From NCBI RefSeq assembly GCF_018977255.1, contig NW_024704742.1, forward strand, positions 123,568,001-123,632,000: a stretch of DNA of 64,000 bases, written 5' to 3'. The notes under the pieces were generated by a model that saw only the letters and a program-made list of their open reading frames with translations, was not told the origin of the DNA and did not search any database. The DNA comes from Callorhinchus milii. Its lineage: Eukaryota. The translations under genes were made by a program, and so were the position numbers. The first letter of the stretch is position 1; each line of letters begins with the position of its first letter. Positions 13,319 through 27,275 of this stretch are shown one piece after another.

Positions 13319-16183
13319 ACATAGGTCACACTATGATAACAGATTGTTCTTTGACCTTTATTTCTGTTGATAGAACCAGTGCTTCAGAAAATATAAAATC
13401 ACCAACAAAGGTCATAATTGGGTGTGTTGGTAGTTATTAGAGGTCACAGGGTGGGACTGAGAATTAAATAGGGTGAGAACTCCTTCTTAGCAAATTCCAC
13501 TTTACCCACTGATACACGAATACAGTAATCAAGAAGGAAACTGCCTTGTAAACAGCTAATCTGTCAGCAGAAAAGGAGAAGCAGTTCAGGAAGACATTTG
13601 GGAGGAGACAAAAAAAAAAGCTAGTTTTGTCAAAACTTTCAAAGTAATTTCTGCAGTTACTAAATTCTCCTCCAGTTCTGGCCCACTGCTCATTCCTCAT
13701 TCCCTCGCTTCCACCATTTAGGAGTGTCTTTATCGTTCTAGTAACCCACTGACAAAAGTATTGTTGGCATTTCCTATAACATGCCAGGACTTACTAGCTT
13801 CTAAATGTAACCTGCTATGTTTGAACTGGAGGGATAAATAAACTGATTGGTAAATATTCCTACCCACATGTGTGGTAACATTCATTGTGTTAATTTTCTA
13901 TTTAACATGTAACATGTAAAGTTACAGTTTGAGCTTTGCAGGCTAGAATAAGACAGGGAGGTGAGCCCTAACTGTGGTTAGTGCAGGTTGTTATTATAAT
14001 TGCCTCTATGTTGGAGTCACTGGAGGGTGAGCAGGAACCCTGGCAGATTTCTCCTCCCTTCCCATTACCTTGTGTTCATAATTTGGAACTCTTTGTACTG
14101 TTCAAGTTATGGGACGTTATGTACAGTACATTGTTCTTTGAGGAGAACTGGAGTCCAACATAAGCAAAGTTTATAACTGTGGTTTTTTGATGAACTCCAT
14201 TTTTTAAAAAAATAACCACATTTCTGATCAACAAGCTAATCGGCAAAAGAAAATAGTTTTTTTTTGAATGCATAAAATCCTTGGGTTAAATTGAAAACCA
14301 CAAAATTGGTGCAAGATCGACTGGTTCGGTCTCAGTTTGATATTCCTGATATGTCGACATCTCCATTTAAAAAAAAGCAAACTTATTGCACAGGAAAGTG
14401 ATTGGGAAATCCAACAAAATACCTTGTTGTTTTCAACCCCAAAGAAATAAGGTCTTTGCTAAGCCCAAGCCCCTTTCTTACACATTATATTGCCAAAACC
14501 TTTGGTATTGCCAAGATAACACAGAGCTCCCTGAAAGGTTGCTGCTGTTTACTGGAGACGTATCTCAAGATAAATACTAGTCACTAAGATCAGCACATGG
14601 ACATCATACTGGAGTCAGAAATACTCAGTAATTTGTAGTTCTTTAAAATTAAACAAACCGACAGTGATTATGTTTGTTGAGAGATGGTGTTTGCTTCCTG
14701 TTGATAAAGGGGTTAGTGCTTGTTCTTCATCAATTATAATCCTAGAAATTAGACCTAATCACTAAATGAGATCAGTGATGGACTAATTAGTTAGATCCAG
14801 TAGCTGTGCAGCACAGTGAGAGAGTGAGCTGGTGCATGCGATGGGATGTAGATTTGCTGGTGTCTGCCATTGGTCTGAGGTGTTGGCGGGGAGAGTGAGT
14901 GGCAATGTGGTCTGGGACCATTGAGCATCTAATGCAGCAAGATGTGGTGTCTTCAGAAGGATAGAGGAAATTGTGAAATAAAAGATTCTCCACCACCCCC
15001 CACCCCCATGGAAGGAAGAGTTGGAAAATAATGGGGAAGAGACAAAATAACTTTATGAAGTGGTGTCGTTTAAAAAGAGAACAAACTATTATTTCCCATC
15101 TGCTTTATCTCCAGCCCATTCTTTGTTTATTACGTCTGCTGCCTTCCCTTGAACAGTAATTCACTGCAAGCTTCTATCCTGAACTGGAACATCATTCATA
15201 CTTAAAGTGCTTTTAAGTGCAAGCTATTAATGTTGGCGTGCTCTGTACCCTAAATTTCTCTATAAGTAAAGAAATGTTTTACTAAAGCCATCAAGTTTCT
15301 AAAATGATACCTAAAACTGACAAACCTCATTGTGAAAACCATATACCTATGAAAGCAACGTTCGATACTAACAGCCATTTAAGCTGCTGAAAAACAGAAA
15401 GTCTGCATGTTTCAGAGTGAACAGGATATGCTTGACTAATTTTACAAGGTGCAAGTAAACCTAACCTTATAATGCACCTAACATCGCTGACTCAGTTAAG
15501 AGCAACCTTACCTTTGGATCAGAGAGTTGTCAGTTTAAGCCCCTAGTCAAGATTTGAGCTCAGAGGCTCAGAGGTTAACTAACACTTTAGCCGAATACTG
15601 GAGTGAGTGCTAAAAACAACAACAAATTAGATTTGTATAGTGCCTTTCATGTCAGGAGGACGTCCCAAGGCGCTGGACAGTCAGGGATCCTGAGGTGTGT
15701 TGTCCTACAAATAAGGGATTAAACTGAGATCCTTCTATTTGTTCAGGTGAATATTAAAGAACTTGTGACATTATTTGAAAGCAACCTTCCAGATACAAGT
15801 TGGTCATTCACTTCATGGCTGTTCAGGGAACACCGATTCTATGCTCAAAATAGGTCCAGCATTTGCCTACATAACCAGCCACAACACGTGTCTCAGACTC
15901 TTAGAAATAAGGCAGTATAAAAATACAAACTCGCTCTTTCTTTGACAGCAAATAGATTGATCAAACATATTGCAACTTAGTGCAATTTAAAGAACGTTGC
16001 CTGCTGACAAGGCAGGAATTAATTTGTGTAGGGTGCTGAATTTGTTCATTCTTTTTTGACAAAGATGTTACGTGTTGTCTTGATGCTGAATGTACAAATT
16101 TGAATGTTTGAATATTGCCTGCTTCTGTGAACTTGTGAAATAAAGGTGCACTTAAAACACTTTTTTTCTCTCCCTTCCTACAG

Positions 16184-16338
16184 CTGGTTTGCCATTGGCT
16201 GTTCTAAACGTGTTCAAAATAAAGCCGTATCAGAGAGGTTTTTACTGTGATGATGAAACCATCAAGTACCCGTACAAGAATAGTACCGTCACCTCCACTG
16301 TGCTGTACACAGTGGGGTTTATGCTGCCCATAACGGCT
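16184..16338 (+). CDS. PLPP1: PLPP1 alternative exon 2a (LPP1a/PAP2-alpha2-type), 155 nt, phase 1 to phase 0
   Basis: Acceptor tttttttctctcccttcctacag, donor GCT|gtaagt. Translates (A)GLPLAVLNVFKIKPYQRGFYCDDETIKYPYKNSTVTSTVLYTVGFMLPITA, matching the STVTSTVL-type alternative exon 2 of mammalian PLPP1. Confidence 0.93.
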
Positions 16339-17941
16339 GTAAGTAGTTCAGAGGCTCAAGGCGATAGTGGGGGCTCCAGTAAAAATACAGCAGTGGGGGG
16401 TGGGGGGGTGAGAGGGCGTTTGGAAGCAATGGATCCAGATCAAAGAACAACTGGGGCTTGCAGTTTCTGGATCTCTACACATACAGAACTGCCTTTTCTT
16501 TTCATTCCAAGTCTTCCTCATCTTGCCTCGTGCAGTCATATTAATGATGGAGCTATAAAAGTAATGAATTGTTAATTGTGGGTTTCTACGAGTTTCAGCC
16601 CATCCTTGCTGGGTAAAGAGAAACTCAGTCCCTTACAGGGAGTGCGACAAATACTGTAATGTGCCCAGCACTTTTAATGGTCAAATATGATGTAACACGT
16701 GTAAAGCATATATATGTACAGTAAGGCCGTTAATGTGTAATTGTGATTTGTGGCTGCATGTGCAATGCCCCTTGCTTTCTGTTTTGGGCTGTGAACCTTT
16801 TGATGCCTTCAGCTGCAATGCTTCTATACGCACTGCCTTGCTCTGCTTACAACTTCAGTCAGCTAGCACAGTGTGTTAATTCAAGGCTTAACCCAATCAG
16901 CTTCACTCACCTTTACGAGTTTCGTCAGTTTTATTTTGCACAACTCCCGTTCGTAATAACAACTAGTCCTCCAGTGAAAAATACCAAGGTGCTGCACCTC
17001 TTGAGATCTTGTGCATGATTGTTCCTGCAGTGTTGGAAAGGTGCAGAGTGACCATCAATTCCAGAGGTAAACTGACGTCATCCAGAGAGATGAGCACAAA
17101 GATCAACCTCTGCTCACATGCAAACTTGCTCTTGTTGGTAAAGCTTTGCTGCTGCTCAGCCAGGAACACATGTGGCTCATGTGCAGGAAACACTGGCACC
17201 CTGCAGAAGCGAACGCCTCGGAATGACATTGAAGGTGGTTGTAGAGAAGTTGGTGAATCAGACCATCTTACAACCCTACTATCTTACACTCCTGCACAAT
17301 ACTCCTGACAAGCTGCATGGCAGGACGCAGTACTATGTCGGGGGAGCTAAACCATGGTAAGGTAATAGGAGAGTTAGTAAGTCATGCAATACAGGAATAC
17401 TTTTTATTAAGAATGATAAACTGAGTTCCTGCATTTAGTGTTTAGACAGGATCCAGACACATGATCTGTGTGTTACTCACGGTACAGTTGATTGCTTTAA
17501 CCCTTTGAACATTCTGCCCCACGGCAAGCAGTGTGTCTGGATTAACAGTGACTCTTTGTTTATTCACCAAATCTCTCGAATTAAGAAGTGACCTGTGTAG
17601 ATTATTGTCATTCTGTTCCTAAAATTCTCAGTGTTAGATAGTTGTAACTGTTTCCCATAGACTGGGACTGAACAGTGGTGAAAGAAATGCATTTATCTGG
17701 TAATTGTGGCTACCATATAACTCTTAGTAAGAGAGCTATATTTTTCAATAGAAAGCAACAGCTAATTAAGATGATATTACCACATTTCGATTTCACCTCA
17801 TTGCCATGTGAACATCATAAACATAATTCCTCAAGACCTCATCTTTCTCCTGCTATAAGAGTGAAATCTCTGAAATCTAGTGCAGAACTCGATTTAAACT
17901 TCACTTTCCATTCATTGATTCTTTCATTTAACTCCATAAAC

Positions 17942-18556
17942 TACTACTACAACAACAACAAAATTACATCTGTAAAGCGCCTTTCACATCGGATGGACAT
18001 CCCAAGGCGCTGGACAGTCAGAGTTTCGGACCCGAGCTGGAGATCGGGATTGGGGAGGGTGTAGGGCAGAGGGGAAAGGAGGGTGATCAAAAGCACGGTC
18101 GAAGTGGAGGATCTTGAGATGGAAGCATGGGAGGGGGCGAGGTGGAGGGGCTGTGGGATGGAATTCCAGAGGGTGGGGCAGAGTGGCTGAAGGCCTGCCC
18201 ACCAATGGTGGGGCAGGCGAAGTAGGGGACATGAAGCAGGCCAGAGCCTGCTGAGGGAGCAGGTAGGTGGTAGGGGGTTAGGAGCTCCCAGAGGTAAGGT
18301 GAGCAAGGCCATGGAGGACTTTAAAGGTGAGGACCAGGATCTTGAACTGTATCCTCTGCGTGATAGGAAGCCAGTGGAGTCGGGCGAGGATGGGGGTGAT
18401 AGGGTCACGGAGCCTGGTGCGGGATAGGACATGGCCTGCAGAGTTCTGGACGATCTGCAGCCTATGGAGGGAGGAGTTTGTGAGGCTGACAAGCAAGGAG
18501 TTTCCATAGTCAAGCCTGGATGTTGTGAATGTGTGCATGAGGGTTTCGGCAGTCTG
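17942..18556 (-). mobile_element. L2-clade LINE, 5'-truncated 3' end
   Basis: Minus-strand ORF2 C-terminus AETLMHTFTTSRLDYGNSLL...LQIVQNSAGHVL...ITPILARLHWLPITQRIQFKILVLTFKVLHGLA, then tail cagcgccttgggatgtcc...gtgaaaggcgc...(TTG)n. Confidence 0.92.
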
Positions 18557-20257
18557 TGGTGTGAGACTCATTTCAACTAATTTCCCTTGATACCCTCCTG
18601 TTTGCAGAAATAGCAAAGAACAAAAGAAAAATATTTGTGTATCAAAACAATTATGAGCTAAATACAATTTCCATGTTCTGTGTATCAACCATGACTGCCT
18701 CTATAATCTTGAGGTGAATCTACCACTAGTTGTATGCACTGCTGTGTACGTGCTAAAGCATCACATCTGCAAAAGCTTATGTTGTGGTTAAACGGACACG
18801 TGGTGAATGCCATTCCATTGTATTTTTATTAGGGTAGAAATTGTATGCATAGTTTGGAGACGTTTAGTATTCTTGACATTGCTTGTGATACTATACTGTA
18901 GTATACCATAGCCAAGCCACTGCACAAGCATTTTACAGTTCTTCAGAGACAATGGCCTGATATTCTTGGTGCTATTCAAGTATCAGAAGACAGGAACAGG
19001 TGAAGGAGACCCTTCCTTCTGCCCTTTTATCTCATCTGTCCATAATAGCATGTCTGCTGTATCCAATGCAGCATTAAGCTGCTTTGTGAATTAGTCCAGT
19101 GTCCTTGCTTCCTAGTCCATTTGTTCATTACCAACTATGTAACTTCTCAGTGCAGGACAGGGCTCCAATTGCAGGCAAACTTGAGTCAACTACTTTACAC
19201 TGGAAATTGGTTACTATAGTGAGGAATTACCAGCATTGTGGCATTAGGTTATACACACGAGAAGATCACAGATTTAATCTTAGTCTGCATTGTATTATCT
19301 GATCTCAGAGAGGATAAAAGTGTCTTCAGTGCCTCCTGGGCTAGTGAGGGAAACATCAGACCAGGTTCCTGCTCCAAGTCATTGACCAGAGACACCTCCA
19401 GTTTGGAGAGCGAGCGGAATTAAAATTCTCTGCTGGAGCTGCATGTGAGGATGTTGAGTGAGGACAGTGTCAGGCTCAGCTACGATGCTCCCCCCCCTGC
19501 CCCCACCCCCTTCCTGCAATCAAATAACCGTACAAAAATCACATTTAATACTTGTAAATGGACACTTTGGAATTAGCTATTTCAAGAGAGGGAGAATAGG
19601 GAGTTAAAATGAATACTTTCTGGGGAGAATGCTAACTTCAGATCAGAGAAAATAAGACTAATTCATAGATACCATCCTTCCCTCAGAACTTGCCAGTGCG
19701 GAATGTGAGGTGGGGGAGAAAGAAGTATATGTTGATAAATATGTTCTTAATCCAACACCTTATTCGGAACTTCAAAACTGAACAGAGTGAATTGGAAAGT
19801 AAAGCAGACAAAAGTCAATAAAATTCAGCTGGTCATCTTTTGTGTCATTGTGGTTACGAATCTACTGATTTGACTGTCTTTATAATGCATTTGCTGTTGT
19901 AGCATTATTCTAGGTCTGTAGCACAGTTTCCGGGCCGTCTACAAATAGGTAGTAATTGGTTAAATAGATGTTGTAGTCCATTGAGCAGGAACGCTAGCCG
20001 TTAATGCAGATGATTTGCGTGGCTAATACAGGGGCAATGGAAGTTGTAAGAAGGGCGAGTGGATATGACCCGGATATTAAAGTGAAACAGAGTTAAGATG
20101 CTCCTATTTGGGCTCTAAATGTGTCCTGGGCAAGTGGGGCTTAGTCATTAAGAATATTCGTAACTTTGCTTGTTACAACCCTGGTAACAGTGATATTGCA
20201 AAATGCTGAAATATTATCTTGTAACTCCAACAAGCTGACTAAATACTAACTTTTTTT

Positions 20258-20440
20258 TAATAATCCTTGCATTTGATATAGCGCCTTATCACATCTTCGA
20301 GACATCTCAAAGCGCTTCACAGGTTATACTGTAAAGTGAATTGACTGTATATTTTGTGGGCGAAACGTGGCAGCCAATTGCACACAGCAGTGTCCCCAAA
20401 ACAGTGGTGGATTGATGACCACATTATTATTATTATTTTT
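20258..20440 (-). mobile_element. SINE family A, 3' half
   Basis: taatccttgcatttgatatagcgcc...gcagccaattgcacacagcagtgtcc. Confidence 0.87.
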
Positions 20441-22294
20441 TCGGGGGAGTGGGGATTGGTGATTTGCACTATGAATTACTATGAATTATTTTTTAACAAT
20501 TTTCGCTGATGTCTGTTACTCAATATTTTGGAAGAATCTTGGAAACTACTTTAATTTGAGCTGGTTCCTGTTCTTAAGTATTTTCAAAAAGTAAAGGAAA
20601 ACTATAACATGTTCTGCCATGTTCGCCTACAAAAAGTGGAGTCACTATACTTTACAGTAAATCCTGCGAAGCACTTTGAAACATGTTCCTGACATGAAAG
20701 GCGCTAAATCAAATTCAAGGATTAGTATTTTTATTATTAATCCTGAGAGGAAGTTGTCCGCACAGTGCATCATGGATACTAACGGAGTAACGTGTTGCAC
20801 TTGTGGTACACTGCAAAACAAAGAGTGAATGATTATTATGAGTTTGCAACACATTCCATGTACAGCCATCATTTGTCAGGAATCTGAAAATCAACATCTG
20901 TCAAATAAGAAATTGATTATAAACTACCCACACATGTGGGCCACATGAAGGGCCTGTGTGCTCGATAATGTCTGTAATAAGCCTACTCAGGGCTGTCTGT
21001 ATGTTTTTTGTTTAAGCAAAACTTTCTCTTTGACTGATCAGAGGCCAGACAATACGACAGTATGTGATTATTTTACATCTCCTCAGCTCATTGATATTAC
21101 TGCACTGTTATTATTGCAAGAATTAAGTCAAATGATTGCAAAGCAAGCACTTTTGCTATAATGATAATCCTTGCATTTGGCATTTGACACAGCGCCTTAT
21201 CAAGTCGTTGAGACGTCTCAAAGCGCTTCACAGGATTTTCCCGTGAACTGTATGTAGTGACTATTATTTGCTAATTTTTCATTTCCTTTCACTGCTCTGT
21301 GTAGCATTTGAATCAGAATGTCAGGTTTAAACCCAAAACAAAATGCTTCATTTATATTTATAAAGCAGAGTGGCTCAGCCAAGTACAATAGAATCTCTTG
21401 TTACCAGTAGATTATTGAAATAATGTCTGTATTATGTTGAATAGATTTTGTTTAAACATGGTCCCTGGCATTAGCATAGTCTTTGGCTGTACTCAGCCAA
21501 ATTTCCTATTTCCGCCTTCCATTGTTTCAGTGGAAAAGTCTTTTGAATATACAGTACTAATGCAAATCCTTGGTTCTGTTCGATAAACAATACAGGGAGT
21601 TTGGTAAAACTCTACAGGCTCATAGACACTGATGAAACCCAGCAGTAATACAATGGATTTTACTGTCCCAAACCGCATTCAGATTTTTAAGGAAAGTTTG
21701 CGATATATAATTTAGCCAAATTTAATTTAAATAAATCTGATCTCATCCACATAGATCATTGTAGTATTATCACACAGAGTTTAACAGAAATAAGTTCTTG
21801 AGTTTCTGAACGTCAGTTTACCAGACTATATTTCTCAGCGCCTTAGGATGTCCTTCTGACGTGAAAGGCATTGAATAAATGTAATTTTGTTGCTGTTGTT
21901 TTAAAGATGTGGCTTGCTTTTTGAACCAAGTGACTCATCCTTTCTCCTGACAGCAGTGAGTCATACAGGGTTCCAGTTCCACACGCAACTCACCCGAGTG
22001 ACAATTAATCAGTGTCAAGTTATTCATCTATGGGAGGGGCTCGGCAGCCATGTCAGATGCTGTCTTTACCTTAAGTTTGTGTTGCAAATTTTCCAGGAAG
22101 GTGACAGAAAATCAGTCATGAGTGGGATTTCCTTTCCTTGAATAAGGATGCTAAGTATGTGAGGGTTAGGGCACCTGCCTGTTTCTGACTTGATTGTTTT
22201 CCCCTTTCCTTAGTTCAAGGCTGGTAGTCGTGCTTCAATCTCTTCCAAGGAATGAGACAAGCAGAACAGGGATTAATAATCTCTTCAAAAAAAA

Positions 22295-22458
22295 TGTGAT
22301 CATTCAACCCACGACTGTTTGTGGGACACTGCTGTGGACAATTGGCTGCCGTGTTTCACCTACAAAATTATACAGTCAATTCACTTTATGGTATATTCTG
22401 TGAAGCGCTTTGAGATGTCTTTATGACATCAGCATAATAAATGCAAGGTTATATTATA
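22295..22458 (+). mobile_element. SINE family A, 3' half
   Basis: acgactgtttgtgggacactgctgtg...gtgaagcgctttgagatgtc...aaatgcaagg. Confidence 0.83.
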
Positions 22459-25400
22459 ACAGATCAAGGATCACACCTGGACCTTTGGTCTCTACAATAG
22501 TGGAAATGTTTAATCAGCTAATGCCAGTACCATCCTGTAACACTGTGCTTCATCCTGTAAGATGTGAGGAGTAAGTCCACAAACAGACAGGTACAGCTTT
22601 CTCCAGGGTCTGGTTTAGGTGGCACACCTACTGCTATAAAGTTTTACTCTAAACAATTAATTTTGCAACTGAGCCATCAAGGAATCTTTGATGGTGATAC
22701 AAATGTGATATAAATATAACACTTGTTATTTAAACCTGAATGTTGGGTTGGGACTTCATGGTGGCTGATTGTTCTGTAAGTCAATTTTTCATTCAACCAA
22801 CCTGGCGGGGTGGACAATAAAACAATTATCACAGACTGTGCTCAACCCAGTGAGCCACACATAACTAACTAAACCAGAGGAAACAAACTATTGTTAGTTC
22901 AGTCTTGTGAGAGAGGGTGGAAATGGATGTAAGGGAGTGTGTGGCTGCATTCCGAAACCCTTCAGCATTTGAATATAACAAGAAGTTATCAGTTGGCAAA
23001 ATATTTCCTGAGTCCTGCAAAAACAATTGTTTAAAAAAGGAATTTTCCCCCTTTGGGGCAGACCAAAGTACGTCACCATCACAGCTAGTGTAAGAGTAAC
23101 GACTGCTGAGGCTCTGGATATTCCACAGGGTATATCTTTCGGTAACTTTGACATAGATATGCTAACTGTTATTAAACCCTATTTATATACTGCATTGTTT
23201 TTGAAGCTTTTGAAATGCTATGTCTCGCTAACAAAATCATTTTATACATTTCTGATGTGAGTAATGATGGAAAATTACCACAGTATTTTTATGTTTGGCT
23301 TAATCTCTACAAATGAAACAATTGTGACATTGTTTCTACATATATTTTCTCATAATAGAGTAGGAGTCTATCTTGTGCGTCACAGGGCAGAGTGGGACAG
23401 GCAGGCCATTTCTGCTATGTCCTTTGCTGAATCGCTCTGAATTGGTTGCTAATTGGGCGACTATTTATGTACTATCTTGCTTCTACTCAACAGATTCTAG
23501 ATTCCTCAGGCCGGGATGAGCGCATGATATAGCATTTTGAAGTTGGTGGTGTTCTCAAGTCATTCAAATTTTGGTGTCCATTTTAGGCACTGTTTGTGTA
23601 TATGACTGCATTTCAAAAGCATCAAACACAAAATTCCCAGTCTGAGCCATCGATCGGTATCCCATGAACTATACCAGTTTTCTCTAGATGAGCAATAGCT
23701 CAGCACTGTCTGGCCCGCTCACTGTCTGGCGCACTCATCAAAGTATATTGGCTTGTTGACGTGATCAGAATCCATCTTGGTTAGCAATAACCTTGGGCTT
23801 GGATGCCTTCCCTCCTCTAACCCTTGAATAGCTTGATGGCTCACACATTGAAAATAACCAGTTTGGGTGAGGTACAGGTACCCATGGAAACATATACACA
23901 TCAGTAAAAGTCACAATGTTCAGAAAGGAAAAGGGAGAAAATTGGAGGGAAAAAATTAAATGAAATTAAATCAAATGTTTCCTTCTGTTCATTATTAGAG
24001 TAATCTTTCTGTTGCGATTGTGCACCATCATGTCCTTTCCAAGAATATCTTAATGCCTGCGTCAGGTTGCAAGTTACATTTCAAACGTTGCTTGTTTTAG
24101 TAACATTTGGATCCTTTCCAGCAATCCTTTGGGCGACCGTAGTCATATTTCCGAGCAAATGCCTATTCCTGCTTGTATCATCTGACACTAATGATAGATC
24201 TCGAGTCATTGAATTTGTTGTTGCTTTGAAAAGCAAATGAGTTATTTTGCAACTAAGGTTTTATTGGAATATTTTTCTAACTATTGGTTTTATTCAATAA
24301 GTGTTTGTTTTGATGGGAAATGGTTAGATGTTAAATCTACCAGAAATCACTTTCTTGTTGCTCTCTGTAAAGTGCTGATGCAGCTTTTTAGGAGATGGTA
24401 AACACGGTTGCCATATTTTGGATTTGATCGAATTGCCACGAAAACACTGAGTTCACATAGAACACAAGAGTGAGTTAGTTCTCTTTTATTTCTGTGGTGA
24501 GATGCTAATGCCATATAATACTCACCCTAAAATATTATCCTTTTTAAAAAAAAACTCACAAGCTTGATTTTAAAAGGCATGAACTTTTTACTCAGTGATC
24601 AGTGGAATTTTACCCCCTATATGTGAGTAAATCCTGGTTCTTATCAATTGTTTTGATCTGCTGGCTCCAACGCAATATTTATCCCAGTAAGAGAAGTTAA
24701 AAATTGTTTCCACTCCTGCCAAGAGCTGAAGGGAAAGTCAATTTTAATCATTCTAATGGTTGGTTGCTTGTTGGTGATGCATTGTAAAACTAATTTAGCC
24801 CCTGACTTTACAAAATCAGCAGTAAAAGGTGTCCTTTACCTTCTTGGGTACAACTTTATTTCCAGGGGAACAGAGAGCTGCTTTCTTATAGTGCAATGCT
24901 AAGAGCTGCAGACTAAGTACATTACATCACTTTGTGACTGTGTAGACTTTACTCTGAGAACCATTCCCTATCCTGGCAAAGATTTATTCATTTGCTCTTA
25001 GGAAAATCTGATTCTCCATTATAATTTTCTTGAAGAAGATGTAGTTTCAACAGCTCATCTCTTGAGAATACCAGTTTACCAGAATTCTTCAAAAACATAA
25101 AGTCATAGTGTTATAAAAGATCTATATATTCAAGTCAAGGCATTCTATTTGTGACAGTGATTCAAACTTTTTGATACAAAACCGATAGAGCTGAGAGATT
25201 GATTGAAAAAAAACTCCCTCATGTTTAGTCTAGGAATTGAAGTTGGCTGTCTTTGCTCATGCTGTTTAATGTTTAATGGACTACAGAGATGATTACATTC
25301 CTGCAATTCTGAATAGCTTTCAGAACCATTTTGATAACAGTCTGACCGTCTCTCCAGAGTTGCAAAGCAGACGTCACCAACGCTTAAAGCACAAAGTTAG

Positions 25401-27275
25401 AATGAGTGTCCCCTGTTATCCCCACATGGTAAATTTATATCTCAGTGGTGAGTGGAGGGTTGGTGGTGGAATTGGAGTGGGATACTTGTACTATGTACAC
25501 TTGTACAAACCCAGTCATTAGTTCAAGTCACTATTTAGTAGAGGCTCCGCAACCAATCCACAGTTTTCCCTCCCAGTTGCAAAGTGGACCCATGTTACGT
25601 TTTGCTAAATGGGATTCGGGAAGAGAAATTCATCATAAAAACTTATAGAAACTTTTGACGGACATTTAATTTTTATTTGAAATGTAGATGATTTTGAAAT
25701 CGTATTGCAGAATAGAACAGGCATTTATGTACAAGTGCTTATGGACATGATTTGTCCCATTCAGTTTTCTCCTCTTACCTCTTCTTGAAGGTGCTGATTC
25801 GTGTTGAAGTACAGTTCCGCAAGTGCTGGTTCAATACCCCACCTCTGTCCATTATTGTATGCGAGGCTAGACAGTGAGTGTCAGTGGGATATTAGATTGT
25901 ACAGGCTTTCACAGGGAGCCCGTTTCACACATTTTGTCCACGCACACATTATTGATCTAGTGATCTATCTATATCTATCTGCAATAATAACAAATTACAT
26001 AGAGCCTTTCACGTTTAGAAGACATCTCAAAGTGCTTCACACTGTATATATGTACACCAGCTCCCTCCCCCCCACCCACAACACACACATTCTTCCAGCA
26101 CAAGTCACTGTATTTGGAAGTCAAATATTTGTAGCTGGAACCCAACCCAATTTTTATTTATTTCTCTCCCGCTCAAGGGATGTCAGTGATGTCCCCCGAG
26201 CCTCTCTAGTTTTTATTGGCTGAGCTTCACAGCACTTGGTGTTTGCTACCAAGAAAGCACATCTGTTCCCATTTAATACAATGGTAGGCAGGTGCCCAAA
26301 GCCCTCTTCATGCTGTGAAAATAGCTGGCTCTCACCAATCTACTCAGAGCTCAGCTTTTCAGCATCTCACAGTACAAATAAGTATTGTTTTTCACAAAAT
26401 CATCAACAGTTGTAAAATCCCACAGTGTTATTAACATAACGCTGCATATGGAGCTTGCAGAATTGTTTTGACTGTCAGGTTATCTCTCCTCCCCTGCTTA
26501 GCACATTAGGTGACAGTCCAGAAGGCCCACATGCAAAACTGGTAATAGCGTCCTTTACCTTAAAAGGCCACGAACACCAAGTATCAACATAAAGAGTTGT
26601 TTAATATCACTAAGGTTCAATTCCCCTTCCCTCCTGAAGGCACATTCTTGTATTGGATTACAGTTCCCCTGATCTAGGGGCTATTATTCGTGTGTGAGTG
26701 CTGACAGGGAGCACTGGCACGCTGTTGTCTCCTGGGACGGGAGGGGGGAATAGTGCATTGTTCATACGTGAGCTCAGAAAGTGAACGTTAACTGAGTCTT
26801 TGATCCTGGGAGGGATAGACTGTGAAACTACTCCAGGGTGAATCACCGGAGAAATCTGGAGGAATTAAAAAAAATGGCTCAGAGCAGTTTTTTTTGTGTT
26901 CTCTGTCGCTGAGCAGCACAGCTCTGATACACCTGGTTTCATTTTACATTTGACTTAAATGAAGAGTTGAGTAATTCAAGTGCTTGTGTCTTAACTGTCC
27001 ATTTAACCTCTGCTTTATCTTTTCCAGATTCTAAACTTTATTTTTTGTGGTCTGCATTTTTCAAAATAATTACTTCTCTCCTTTAGGTCAGCCCACCCCT
27101 CACCCTCACGCCATGTCTTAAACAGAAGCACAGGTAGCTAATCTGCTACTGTTGCTGCCATGTTGGCCTGACCATCAAGTAGAGTACTCCTGTAGCTAGA
27201 GGAATTGTCTGATGACTGTGCTCTGTATGTGGGCAGGGCCTGATTTCCACTTAACAACAACCAATGATGGGCATT

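Noticed and set aside
13117..13440. Recurrent CGTLLCAIGC and CKDYYY mini-ORFs across the window
   Set aside because: These are translations of the SINE core and tail, not a protein family.
1..16183. PLPP1 exon 1 and promoter
   Set aside because: No CpG-rich island and no MFDK...LDVLCV-like coding segment seen; probably upstream of the window.
16963..17360. Overlapping ORFs or cryptic exon (cctgcag at 17030, gtaagg at 17357)
   Set aside because: No PLPP-like or other recognisable peptide; splice-like sites alone are insufficient.
17947..18513. 188-aa Ser/Pro-rich ORF
   Set aside because: Alternative frame of the C-rich L2 fragment.
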